DNA of 64,000 nucleotides from NCBI GenBank assembly GCA_000165345.1, contig CM000435.1, positions 832,001 to 896,000 of the forward strand, read 5' to 3'. Shown piece by piece: positions 38,518 to 48,900 of this stretch (position 1 is its first letter; each line of letters starts with the position of its first letter). The notes under the pieces were generated by a model. It saw only the letters and a program-made list of their open reading frames with translations, ran no database searches and was not told where the DNA came from. The position numbers and the translations under genes were made by a program.

Positions 38518-40785
38518 TTATACGACAACTTCATTTGACAATGTAGATTGTGAAAATGTTACATCAGAAACGAGTATATCAGGCATGATCCACGGCCCGA
38601 ATGCATTTATACAAATTGTTTTTAATTCATTGTCACTTGAAACAAACACTGGGATGTATTTGATAAGGACTTTAAAACATTTTTTGGCTGGTCCATTGGG
38701 GGGAGATTCTTTGGTGAAGCTATGCACAAACTTTACAACATCATTAATACTAAAACCACCAGGCATTATGGTTTGCAAATGCCCAAATAATACCGAGCCT
38801 CTTAAAGGTGCGGAGAGCTTCGAGAAGCCATTTCTTTTACTTTTTTTGGGGGCTTTTGATTCGAAAATAAATCTTGCCAATCGTAAAGATGCAGAATTAG
38901 TGCCAAAATCGTAATTTATTGTTTGCTGACTTTGACTTAAAGCATTGCTTATGGTGTCATCTACGCTAATTCTTCCAATTCGTCCGTTCAATATACAGCT
39001 TGCCATTTTCCCACATGTTTCATCAATATTAATTTGTATTTTATCTCCAATTATTTTTAAGATTTTAACTAAAGACTTTCGGCAATTTTCTGGATCAACT
39101 GATTTGGTTGTAAATGATAGTGCTGAAGAAGAAGAAGACGAGATAGCAAAAACTATTCTAGGCCAAAGAAAGTTGGTTATACTCGAGTAATCCATTGGCG
39201 AAGTAATAGCTGAAAGATACATGCATGCAGCTGGCTTGGTAACACCAGGAGGAATATGTTTTTCTAGTATAAATGTCCCAATCATCCAATCAGCAATTCT
39301 AGAAAGAATGGTGGTATCTGAAATGAGTCTCATCTCATCAACTGACAAATAGCTTGATGAATCAGAAAAAATTCGATTGCATATCCTTGCAACTTCAGAA
39401 ACTTGTGTAAGCCTGATATCATACAATGAACCAATCTTCATGATTGATATTGTGCATTCTACTGTTTGAGATTTCGAGTTTTTCATCAAATCTGCGATTA
39501 ATATCATCTCTTTCGGAAGATCAGAGTGTAGTACATCTTCATCTGAAGTTGTATTCTTTATCAAAATCTCCACTTCCATCCATAACTGATATGATTTTAA
39601 ACCACTAGAATTCCCCAAAATTCCCACCATTTTATTTAAAGTTTCCCACATAAAATTTCGATTTCTACTCAACGCAAAGTCTACGTACTTTTTCGATTTT
39701 GATAAGCTTACTAGAGCAGAGTTGTGGAAAGATTGATCGCTTAAACACTGTTGTAATTTTTGGCATATTACTGGAAATTCGTTTGGTCCAACACCTGGAA
39801 TTGTTAACTCCCCAGCTACTAGGGAAACTCTAAGAGACTCTTCACAGTGGGTATCTGAAACTAACAGCCCACCAATTCCAGGCATTATAGCCGATAATGA
39901 TTCTTCAGCTGATCTAAAAAGATCAATCCTTTTTGCCAATCTTCTTAATAACATTGCAACTTCTAAGTATATTATATCTGGCAGCATAAATGTATTTTGA
40001 AATTTTATGGCATCTATTACTTCTTCTGAAGAAAGTTCTGCACAAAATATATTTAAATTAACAATTTCGTTAAAGCTTATAAAATTTGTATTTACTTGAT
40101 TAATTTGATTATCTTTGCTGGGCATGGTTGTTATTTCTGTGGAGAGCATCGCAGTTGTGGCATTTGTGGTTGTAGAAGTAATACTTTCTACTGGAAGATC
40201 ATGCTCGCTAGGATTTGATATTTCACTTTTATTAGAATTTTGTATTGAGCTAGCTATATTAAATTTAAACATTTTCCGGACAACGACTAATTTACCATTT
40301 TTGTCTTTTCGTTCAATTTCCTCTAATTCCTCTTTTGAAGGTAACTCCATAATAAATTTAAAATTTGTCGAATAGCTTATCTCATTTTTGTCGCCAATGA
40401 GTTGATCTAATTCACTGTAATAGTTTTTTGTTATGCAACTCTTGAAATTACAATAATCACTAGCGGTATTAGGGTCTTCTACCTGATTAAAAGACTCATA
40501 AATTAAAATTTTTATAATATAGTTTTCTTTCTTTTTCACAACTTGATAAATAACCCCTAAGTTTTCAGATTTATGGGTTAATTCGGTATAAAAATCTTTA
40601 ATACATATTTCTAAAGATTTATTAATACTTGTGTATACCGATTTGGAAATTGATGATACTTCATAGCATCCCACACAGTTAAGTTGAATATATGCTGAGA
40701 ATATAAGTAGAATTAAATAAATTAGAACCCATTTGAATTTGTAAATTATTGAAGAATTTTTAGCACTCATTGATAAAATATTCAA
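38518..40785 (-). CDS. Secreted or membrane-anchored protein, array member 5 (755 aa) with a short Thr-rich stretch
   Basis: N-terminus MNILSMSAKNSSIIYKFKWVLIYLILLIFSAYIQLNCVGC (signal peptide or signal anchor). TTNATTAMLSTEITTMP is a possible O-glycosylated patch. Confidence 0.7.
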   Translation of the reverse strand: MNILSMSAKNSSIIYKFKWVLIYLILLIFSAYIQLNCVGCYEVSSISKSVYTSINKSLEICIKDFYTELTHKSENLGVIYQVVKKKENYIIKILIYESFNQVEDPNTASDYCNFKSCITKNYYSELDQLIGDKNEISYSTNFKFIMELPSKEELEEIERKDKNGKLVVVRKMFKFNIASSIQNSNKSEISNPSEHDLPVESITSTTTNATTAMLSTEITTMPSKDNQINQVNTNFISFNEIVNLNIFCAELSSEEVIDAIKFQNTFMLPDIIYLEVAMLLRRLAKRIDLFRSAEESLSAIMPGIGGLLVSDTHCEESLRVSLVAGELTIPGVGPNEFPVICQKLQQCLSDQSFHNSALVSLSKSKKYVDFALSRNRNFMWETLNKMVGILGNSSGLKSYQLWMEVEILIKNTTSDEDVLHSDLPKEMILIADLMKNSKSQTVECTISIMKIGSLYDIRLTQVSEVARICNRIFSDSSSYLSVDEMRLISDTTILSRIADWMIGTFILEKHIPPGVTKPAACMYLSAITSPMDYSSITNFLWPRIVFAISSSSSSALSFTTKSVDPENCRKSLVKILKIIGDKIQINIDETCGKMASCILNGRIGRISVDDTISNALSQSQQTINYDFGTNSASLRLARFIFESKAPKKSKRNGFSKLSAPLRGSVLFGHLQTIMPGGFSINDVVKFVHSFTKESPPNGPAKKCFKVLIKYIPVFVSSDNELKTICINAFGPWIMPDILVSDVTFSQSTLSNEVVV

Positions 40786-40862
40786 CTTTTTAGTTATCTT
40801 TTATTCTTTCATTTGTTAGTTTTCACCATTTACAAAAAAAATAAGATACATTAAGCTAAACA

Positions 40863-40872
40863 TGGCGGGAAA
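40863..40872. promoter_or_regulatory. Near-consensus E2F site (TTTCCCGCCA on the minus strand) about 78 bp upstream of array member 5
   Basis: catGGCGGGAAAtgc is the only GC-rich decamer in the 236-bp spacer, and TTTCCCGCC is the textbook E2F core. Confidence 0.35.
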
Positions 40873-41021
40873 TGCAATATTGCAACTGTATGTACAAATG
40901 ATTCATTTAGTGAACTAAATCAAGATAATGACAAGAAATCGAGTTTTTGATATTATTTTTAATACTTATTAATATAACTAGACTTATTTCAGAGATTAAG
41001 ATATGATAATGTTTTTTTATT

Positions 41022-41735
41022 TCAAGAAATAGATGTAAGGAATCCACCAGAAAAAGTTAGATGGCTCCCATTAAAATTCTTTCCTACTGAGTGTTGAGTT
41101 TTTGTATTGTTTTCATATGAACTACCTTCTTCTGGCATATAGAAATCATTTTCAATATGTACCGAGCTTTTGTTTACTTTAGATGTTTTATAACCTGCCT
41201 TGCTCGGCAATCTTCCAAAACTATCTCTTATTTCCCCAATAATATTTGTTGAGCATCCTGAAAAATGTTGATTAAAGTTTTTATGAAGATTTGAATTATT
41301 CAATATAGTGCCCATTGAATTATCGGATGCTCTTTCTAATTGGGTACCGTAGTTCTCTGATTCACCATATCCAATAATATCTAGTTTCATTCTACTACAA
41401 CCTGGCTTCCTAGTATATAATGGAACGCAACAGCCAAGTGAAGAGTCGTAAACTATGCTCCTTTTGAGAGAGACTTGCCCAACTTTGGGAGTTTCTTCGT
41501 GATTATAATTTTTTTTACTAACGTTGTCATTTTTCCAGTTACTTGCCTGGAAAATCTTATAAATCTTTTCTGAACAAAGGTCATATCTAAAACCTCCTAC
41601 ATTTCTTTTAATGCTATCATTGGGCTCTTCTGTATTATTGCAGCCTATTAAATCTTTTACTTCATCTTTTGAGTAATTAGGAATATATGCCCTTCTACAA
41701 ATTTGTGTTTGAGAATTTTGACAAGAAAATTCCAT
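41022..41735 (-). CDS. Hypothetical protein (237 aa), no signal peptide, embedded within the secreted-protein array
   Basis: The ORF starts MEFSCQNSQTQICRRAYIPNYSK. It is Cys-, Asn- and Ser-rich with no known motif and no identifiable upstream splice donor or acceptor. Confidence 0.45.
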   Translation of the reverse strand: MEFSCQNSQTQICRRAYIPNYSKDEVKDLIGCNNTEEPNDSIKRNVGGFRYDLCSEKIYKIFQASNWKNDNVSKKNYNHEETPKVGQVSLKRSIVYDSSLGCCVPLYTRKPGCSRMKLDIIGYGESENYGTQLERASDNSMGTILNNSNLHKNFNQHFSGCSTNIIGEIRDSFGRLPSKAGYKTSKVNKSSVHIENDFYMPEEGSSYENNTKTQHSVGKNFNGSHLTFSGGFLTSIS

Positions 41736-41953
41736 TATAGGTAAAAATACATTATATATTAATTATCACAATTCTAATAAAATCGATAAAAAATTTTTTT
41801 ATTAAGTTTTTTTCTAGTGTGAAAATTGCACCCTGTTGCACACAAATAAAATTAAAAAATCAATTTCTGAATTTATTGTTAAGAAATTTACAAAATAATT
41901 AAGAGCAATATTCAAAATCAATAATTAATGCTATAAACTAAATGTATAATTGA

Positions 41954-44900
41954 CTAGTCAATCAATTCTGAAAAAGTTTTATCAATTTTTGTATTTTTTG
42001 TAGGCTTTTTTTTAATTCCAGACTCATTTATTTTTTTTGTAGGAATGGCTCTAACTAATTCTTTTTGGCTTTTTGAGCCGGAATCGGACGAATCTAGAAT
42101 ATCTCTAATATTCATTATTTTATTCCTTGATAAGACTTCTGGGTTTTTTATTCGTTCTATTCCTGTTGACCTTACTTTGCTATTGACTCTTTTAACCTTG
42201 TCAGAATATAATAACGTACTCCCAGAAGCCAAATTAATAGATGATATAGAGTGTGTCAAAGAGCTTCCAATATTTTTGTGATTACAACTCCCATTTATAC
42301 TTTCATCACAAAGTTCTGTTGGAATTTCTTCAAAAGAACGAGCATTTCTTGAAATTTTGTTGAAATTAAATTCTTCCATAACTACAGGGGAGATTTTCTT
42401 GTTTGTTTTTGAAAATCCTTCTCTAATCTTTCTTTCTGCAGGTTTTCTACTCTTTAAATAACTTCTATCGAACGGTTTGAAAGATTGATTCTCATATTCA
42501 TGCTGGCTTGACAAAAGCATTTCATTTGAAATATCAGATGGCCACTTACTAAACCATCTTCTCGAGACATCATGACAAAATACTTCAATAGAATTTTCCC
42601 CATCATAAACCATTTTATATAATTGCTCACCGTAGTAATTCTTCTTTTGCATTAAGTTCCTAATTGCTTTTGAACACATATCAGTAAGAATAGAAATTTT
42701 TGCATCAACTTCATTTACAGAGCTGGTTGCAATATGCTGGTCAACATAAAGCTTTCTCCAAACATCTCCCAATAAAGAGCTATCAGTTGGCATTGTAGGT
42801 GCCATAAATATCCCAGGTTTTCTTGCCTCACTAGCAATGAATGACCATTGCTCATTAACATCGTCCAAGTGGTAGCGCAATTGCTTGGACTTGTCTTTTG
42901 GGGTGATAAAAGCTTCTTTTTCATATTTGTCAGTTTCTTTGGACCATACATTAGGGAGAGACCCTTTATATTCTTCTGGGACTCCTTTTTCTGAGTAAAT
43001 TGAAATATATACAGCGCTACAAAATGACAAAACCTTTTCTTCTCGTGCTTTTGAATTATCTGCGTTAATTAAAATCGAGAATTTATTTCTTGGAAGATAT
43101 TCCCAGTACTTTCCCTCTGGCTCTGTATTTGTCGGTTTGTCACGTACAATTAGTCTGTACGCAAGCTCTCTAATTCCTCTTTGGCAAAAATGAATAAAGT
43201 TAGAATATAGTCCAAATGAAAACTTAAATCCATTTGGAATGGAATTTATAGGAATTCCTTTAACAAAGTCTGACCATTTACTGAATAGCGCAATTCTCTC
43301 CCATTCTTGTTCCCTATTAATTGGGAGGTCTGTTACCTTCTGAGGCTCGTAAACAATCTCAACTTCATTTTTCCTCATTTTATCCGCATTAACCCATTCA
43401 TTCTTTTCTCTATCCCAATATGGGCCTTGAATATTAACATCTTCTTTTTTGGGGATCTGTATCTCTTCTAATAGATCGACCAAACCAACTAATATTTGAT
43501 GTAGCTTTTCATCTTTAAGAATTCTGTATAATGAGGCACCATCTTTTTGAAAGATGTAATTGATTAAATGGTGCCTTCTATTTGGAAGTATTAGCATATT
43601 ACCTTTTTCCCCTATAAAAATAGGGTTTAGTCTCTTTTCTGTCAACTTTATCGACTCAAAATTATCAAGTAGAGTTTGTAAGTAGCTCTGGTCAATTTCT
43701 GATGATCTTTTCTTTAATTCCTCCTCATTAGATCCAAACTTTACTCCTATTTTGCATTCTTTTAAATATTGTAAAAGTCTTCTTGTTGCTAATTCATATG
43801 GAAATAGTGTTTCATCTAATAAACTTTTTATTGAAGCCTGCCAAAGTTCAGAATTATGCCTCAAATTATCTTCCAAAAAGGCATTCTGTTTGTAATAATT
43901 TTCATATTTATTCGGAACTTGACCTTCAAACCCATTTCTTAAATAAATTTGCAAACGGACCCCAGTTTCAGCCATTAAAATATAAAACCCCTTGATAAAT
44001 TTATCAAGAGTTCCATATTCATTTGGAATTGCATCAGATAAGAGAGGTCTCAAAACTGATTCCCCATACAATTGCCTTGATACTACTGGAGAAGTAGGAA
44101 GTTTAACAAGTGCTTCAATTTCCTTCTTTTGTTGCTCTGTTGCCTCACTATGCATATTTTTATTAGTGAAATTTGGAACAATACTTTCTATATGGTCCAT
44201 AATTGCTCCCAATGAGCTATTGTTCATCTTTTGAATCATCTCAATCAAAGAATTAACAGAGATAGAAGGCTCATTGTTTAAAAGATCATCATCATCATCA
44301 TTTTCCTTTATTTTAAGTCTTCTTCTCTCCATAATTGTTAATAATATTTTAGAGAGGTTTCTACTATAATAATTCATTTCATTCTGGCTTAGGCCAGTAT
44401 TTGCAAGCACTTTGTTAAATTCTTCTTCGCTAAAGTGGTTCACAGTCTTTACTAAAGGCTGAATAACCTCTATCATTGATCTAATTTTCTCTAACGTGTT
44501 TATTCTATAGTAACCATATTTAGTATTTAGCTCGAAAAATATACGAATTTCAGCCCTTACTATACCTGGAAGTAAGTCTAAAGCTTCAATAATTTGCGGA
44601 GTATAGTAATTTTGCTTCTTCTCCTTTTCTTTTACTATTAGATTATAGAGCTTTTTTATTTGAGTCATAATACTTGGTGTTAAAGCTACATGCTTATATG
44701 CAAGGTGTTCGAGATTAGGTAGTGTTACAACTGAGAGGTCTGTATTTGATATGAGATCCATCCATTCTTCAAAAATAGCATTTCGTTTCTTTTTATACCC
44801 TTTTTTTGTCTTTATCAATAAAATATCTCTCTTTCCTCTATGGTTATTAATAAATTGCTCTAGAAGGTCAGAAGTTGGACCAAGTCGAAGTAATTTTACA

Positions 44901-45733
44901 GCTACAACTTCAGGGTCATCACTTTCTATTGCATCCCTAAGTTGTAACAATGTCCCTGGAAAATATTCCCTAAGCCTTAATGGATCCTTTCTGAGAGTAT
45001 TCAGATGGAGCTGCTTTACAACATGCAGGAAGTTACGCAAAAGTGTCTGCTTTGTAATGAGTTCTGCCTCTTGAGAGCTTGACACTGAGGCGTATTTACC
45101 ACCATATCTTGCTCTGGCACCAGTTGATATTCTTGGAATATCAATTTGACTAGTAATTGTTCCTAAATTAGCATAGTCGAAATATTCAATATTTCCCAAA
45201 CTTTCCATTTCATTTTGTTTCTGTGCCAATGTTGCAGGTCTTGGACGTAAGCCATTAAAGTAAAGTTCAGCCGCATCTGAGCAGAATTTCTCTCTTATTA
45301 GTCCATCTTTTGCAATTTTTAAACCTATCTTGGTAGAAATACCCTTATTTCTCATGTCAAGAAGAGCCTCACAATATTTATCTGCAAGTTCAAGCTCAGA
45401 CAATGAAGGAGTAAAAATATTTCCCGCAAATGGATTTACTGGAAGCACTCCATACACTCTCTTAAGACCCATTTCAGAAGAATCGTACTCAACTTGTTGT
45501 TTTAAAGCAAACCATTGCCCGCTCCTAAGCCTTATGTAAAAGTTATCTTTTTTCTGTTCAGGATTATTTTTTATTTCATTTAACTCTTCCACAAAAAGTG
45601 GGTTAAACTCATCTTCATTATATCCTCCGTTAATAATGCTCTCCAGTGACTCAACAAATTCTGCGCAAATACAGTAATCAAGAATTACTAAATATAATAT
45701 AAGGGTTATTATGATCTGAAATTTATAACTCAT
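41954..45733 (-). CDS. Large secreted protein, array member 6 (1259 aa); no recognisable domain
   Basis: Signal peptide MSYKFQIIITLILYLVILDYCICAEF. Contains DNFYIRLRSGQWFALKQQVEYD and an acidic run DDDDDD. Confidence 0.75.
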   Translation of the reverse strand: MSYKFQIIITLILYLVILDYCICAEFVESLESIINGGYNEDEFNPLFVEELNEIKNNPEQKKDNFYIRLRSGQWFALKQQVEYDSSEMGLKRVYGVLPVNPFAGNIFTPSLSELELADKYCEALLDMRNKGISTKIGLKIAKDGLIREKFCSDAAELYFNGLRPRPATLAQKQNEMESLGNIEYFDYANLGTITSQIDIPRISTGARARYGGKYASVSSSQEAELITKQTLLRNFLHVVKQLHLNTLRKDPLRLREYFPGTLLQLRDAIESDDPEVVAVKLLRLGPTSDLLEQFINNHRGKRDILLIKTKKGYKKKRNAIFEEWMDLISNTDLSVVTLPNLEHLAYKHVALTPSIMTQIKKLYNLIVKEKEKKQNYYTPQIIEALDLLPGIVRAEIRIFFELNTKYGYYRINTLEKIRSMIEVIQPLVKTVNHFSEEEFNKVLANTGLSQNEMNYYSRNLSKILLTIMERRRLKIKENDDDDDLLNNEPSISVNSLIEMIQKMNNSSLGAIMDHIESIVPNFTNKNMHSEATEQQKKEIEALVKLPTSPVVSRQLYGESVLRPLLSDAIPNEYGTLDKFIKGFYILMAETGVRLQIYLRNGFEGQVPNKYENYYKQNAFLEDNLRHNSELWQASIKSLLDETLFPYELATRRLLQYLKECKIGVKFGSNEEELKKRSSEIDQSYLQTLLDNFESIKLTEKRLNPIFIGEKGNMLILPNRRHHLINYIFQKDGASLYRILKDEKLHQILVGLVDLLEEIQIPKKEDVNIQGPYWDREKNEWVNADKMRKNEVEIVYEPQKVTDLPINREQEWERIALFSKWSDFVKGIPINSIPNGFKFSFGLYSNFIHFCQRGIRELAYRLIVRDKPTNTEPEGKYWEYLPRNKFSILINADNSKAREEKVLSFCSAVYISIYSEKGVPEEYKGSLPNVWSKETDKYEKEAFITPKDKSKQLRYHLDDVNEQWSFIASEARKPGIFMAPTMPTDSSLLGDVWRKLYVDQHIATSSVNEVDAKISILTDMCSKAIRNLMQKKNYYGEQLYKMVYDGENSIEVFCHDVSRRWFSKWPSDISNEMLLSSQHEYENQSFKPFDRSYLKSRKPAERKIREGFSKTNKKISPVVMEEFNFNKISRNARSFEEIPTELCDESINGSCNHKNIGSSLTHSISSINLASGSTLLYSDKVKRVNSKVRSTGIERIKNPEVLSRNKIMNIRDILDSSDSGSKSQKELVRAIPTKKINESGIKKKPTKNTKIDKTFSELID

Positions 45734-45921
45734 AATAAAATAGTGGCTGAATTCTATAAGGAGAATAATGTGACCATAATATATTATGGTAAAACTTTAA
45801 TATATAAACTGCAACTAGATCAAAATACTTTAAGTCACTTTTTATCTTATTTTCTTCTTTAACCAATTTATTAAATTATGCATGCTTAGCTTTGATGTCA
45901 ACATTAATAAAGCGGCACTAA

Positions 45922-45928
45922 GGTGGCG
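45922..45928. promoter_or_regulatory. GC box GTGGCGG (preceded by GCGGC) in the divergent promoter between array members 6 and 7
   Basis: aaaGCGGCactaagGTGGCGGttc lies 62 bp upstream of the ATG at 45990 and about 190 bp upstream of the minus-strand ATG at 45733. Confidence 0.25.
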
Positions 45929-45989
45929 GTTCAAAAATTTAGATTTAATGGTATTAATATAATTTTAGATTTAAATAAATAAATGTGAA

Positions 45990-48900
45990 ATGAACAGCAA
46001 GAGGCTATTTAGTAAAAGAATGCCAAATAAAATAGATGGGTCTATTGCTTTATGTTTTCTTGCATTTATCATTTTTTTCGTTGTAAAGGTTGGAGGTACA
46101 AATAATGAGAATTTATCGCCTAATATACACTCAGGGGACAGAATGTTGTGGGGTATTATCAAGAGCGAGCTTGTAACAAATAGTTGGTTGAACTTGAGTA
46201 AAATACCAACAGAGATCACTGAAAGTGACATGGGTATTTCAATTGGGGTGATAAATATTTGTAGCTCAAATAAGATCAAGATTAAGAAACAATTATCTTT
46301 CAAATGTATAAACAAGCTTCGAACATTATTGGATTACACAAATAAAAAAGATAAGGGGTACTCAATTAGAGTCAGGAAAGGAGTGAGCTTTAATGAAGCT
46401 CTGGCAAGACTTTGCCTAGATGCTACAAACAAATATTTGAATAATTCAAGTAAGATTTGTAAAGATAAAGAAACTAACAGAACTTCAACTAAAGGCAAAA
46501 AATTGACTAGAGAAAGAAAAACCAACGAAAAAAAGATATCTATTGATGGGCTTACTAGAATTACAGAAAAGTTAGAATCTAGTGAGCTACTAAAGAAGGA
46601 TAATTTATTAAAGCTAATTCAATCTGTATTATTTGACTACGAATCATCTTTAACTCCAAGCCGACAACTAATCAGCCAAATAAGGAAGCCAAAACAGAGC
46701 CAAGTATCTAGATTGATAGTAAATAGAGATTTAAAAGGCTTGGCAATTTTACTTTCAAATGAAAAGCAAGAAGACGCATTATCGTTTATTAATGTGTTGA
46801 TCAACGGAGATAAATCGGAAGAAACTGATAATTTGACATTTGAAGATATTGAAAATAAAATAAATTCAAAACACAATTTGTCCAAAATTACTAATAAGTA
46901 TAAGCCATTTGGTTTTATGCCAATACCTGAAGATGAATGGGGTGCGGTAGTAAGCTGGATTCAGGAAAACACTAATAAAATACAAAGACCAAGAGGTTGG
47001 ATGATAAAGAAAACGTATGGGAAAAAGGCTTTAAGGCTTCCAGAGAACTTTGTAGCAAGCAAAGGAGTTGAAACTGTTTTCATTGATAACTGTTTTAAAA
47101 GTTTAAGAAATATGGCTTATACAGTTTTTACTGCTCCAAATGGGGACAAATATTATAAATATAATAAAGAAAATGACTATGGATTAATGATTGAAGGGGA
47201 AAGTCAAAATGAGAGGATTTTAAACATTAAAAATGCATGTAAAGAGATTTTTGAAAGGTATTACGAATATTTAGGAATTAAAACACAAAAGGAGGAGTAT
47301 AGGTTTAAGATTCATGGTAAGCTAAATTTCTTATTACCCTTAAAACACGACCGTCTATTTTTAAATAAGCTGCTAAAATCCTTTTATAAGTCAATAAATG
47401 ATAGGGAAAAGGAATGGCACGCAGTGGTAAATGAGGCAAGAATTTCTCCACTTGTGAGTTCTAAGGATCTCACCGAGGAAATCGTTCCATATACTTTTAT
47501 TGATGAGAGAATAAAGAGAGAATCAAATTTAGAAAAAAAGGAAAGCCTACTCTCAGATGTTTGCTTTAAAACTATAAATACTTTAAGAAAAGAAAGGAGC
47601 CAAGGATCTTCTGATATACCTTTATATAATATTGAAATTGGATCTGAAAATGAAGTCAGTATTGCGAAGTTTTGCAAAGGTCTATTTGAAAGGTTTATCT
47701 TGAGGCACATAGAGTGGTTGAAAATAATAATTAAAAGTATCGAAAGCGATAATATTAAATTAGTTGACATTAATGATCCATACTTAGAAATTCCAGAAGT
47801 ATTTCTATTTCCTGAAGATGCAAGGTTAAAAGAAAACTGTATTACTAGTTTAATTGTAGTCTTTGAAAAAAATTTACAGGCAATTGAGAATGGATACCCT
47901 GTTAAAGTTTACCCTCAAATAGATTATCTTGGAGATCCAAGCGATATGATTGAGAATATAACATTATTTTGTGAGTCTTTATCAGGTAAAGTCAGTCCAA
48001 AGACGCATAGAAGCAAAATTCCTGTAAAAGACGAACAAGAAACCATTAAAATAATGAGTTCTGAACCAGAATTGATTAAATTAGTCCGAAAAAATATAGA
48101 GAGTAATTTATTGTTGAGCTTTGAAACTAAAATGGAGACTAGAATTGACAAAATTACACAAAATGTTTCCAATTCTAATACATTTAGACTCGAGAACTGG
48201 AAGTCACATTTTGAAGAAATTTCATCCTTAGATTCTCATGTTGAATCCATGATTAATATATTTAAGGCTCAATTCAGTGAATTTATTGATTATGAAGGGT
48301 TGTGTGAAAAAAAAATTAGACGATATATAGCCCATATTAATTCAAAAGAAGATGAGGTGAGCGATATAAGTTGGCTTGAAGGTTATCTAATGGAGACTGA
48401 TAGACTTAAGGGTGACTGGGCAACTGAATTGCAGTCCATAGAGAACTTACACAAAAGTATGTTGGCAGCAGAGGGTGAATTAGAAAGATATGTAAATACA
48501 ATAAGAAGCGTAGTATATGGGGATGAGAAGCAAAAAGAGCTTCCTCAAGTACGAAAGATGCTGAATGGGTGGCAAAAGGAACTAAGTAATAAAGAAAGAG
48601 TTTACATTAAACATAAAATAGATAGCTTATTATCAAAGCAAAAGCACGAGTATAATATTGAAAGTTTGAGATATGAACAGTTAGAGAGAAGAAAGGTGTT
48701 TAGAGACAATTTAAAAAAATCTTTTCTGGATCAAGATCAAAATAAACCTCTTTTCTTTGATATGGAGAACTGTTTTAAGCAAGATGATGAAGATTTAGTT
48801 CCAATTTACCCTGAAAAAGAGACAAAAGAGGAGGAGAAAATAAGGAATGACAGGATTGCAAGCATAGAAACTGTGCTAAATGAATTCAAGAATAGATTTG

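Noticed and set aside
41022-41735. 237-aa ORF as an eighth member of the secreted-protein family
   Set aside because: It has no N-terminal hydrophobic signal peptide and no shared motif. It is listed as a separate hypothetical gene embedded in the array.
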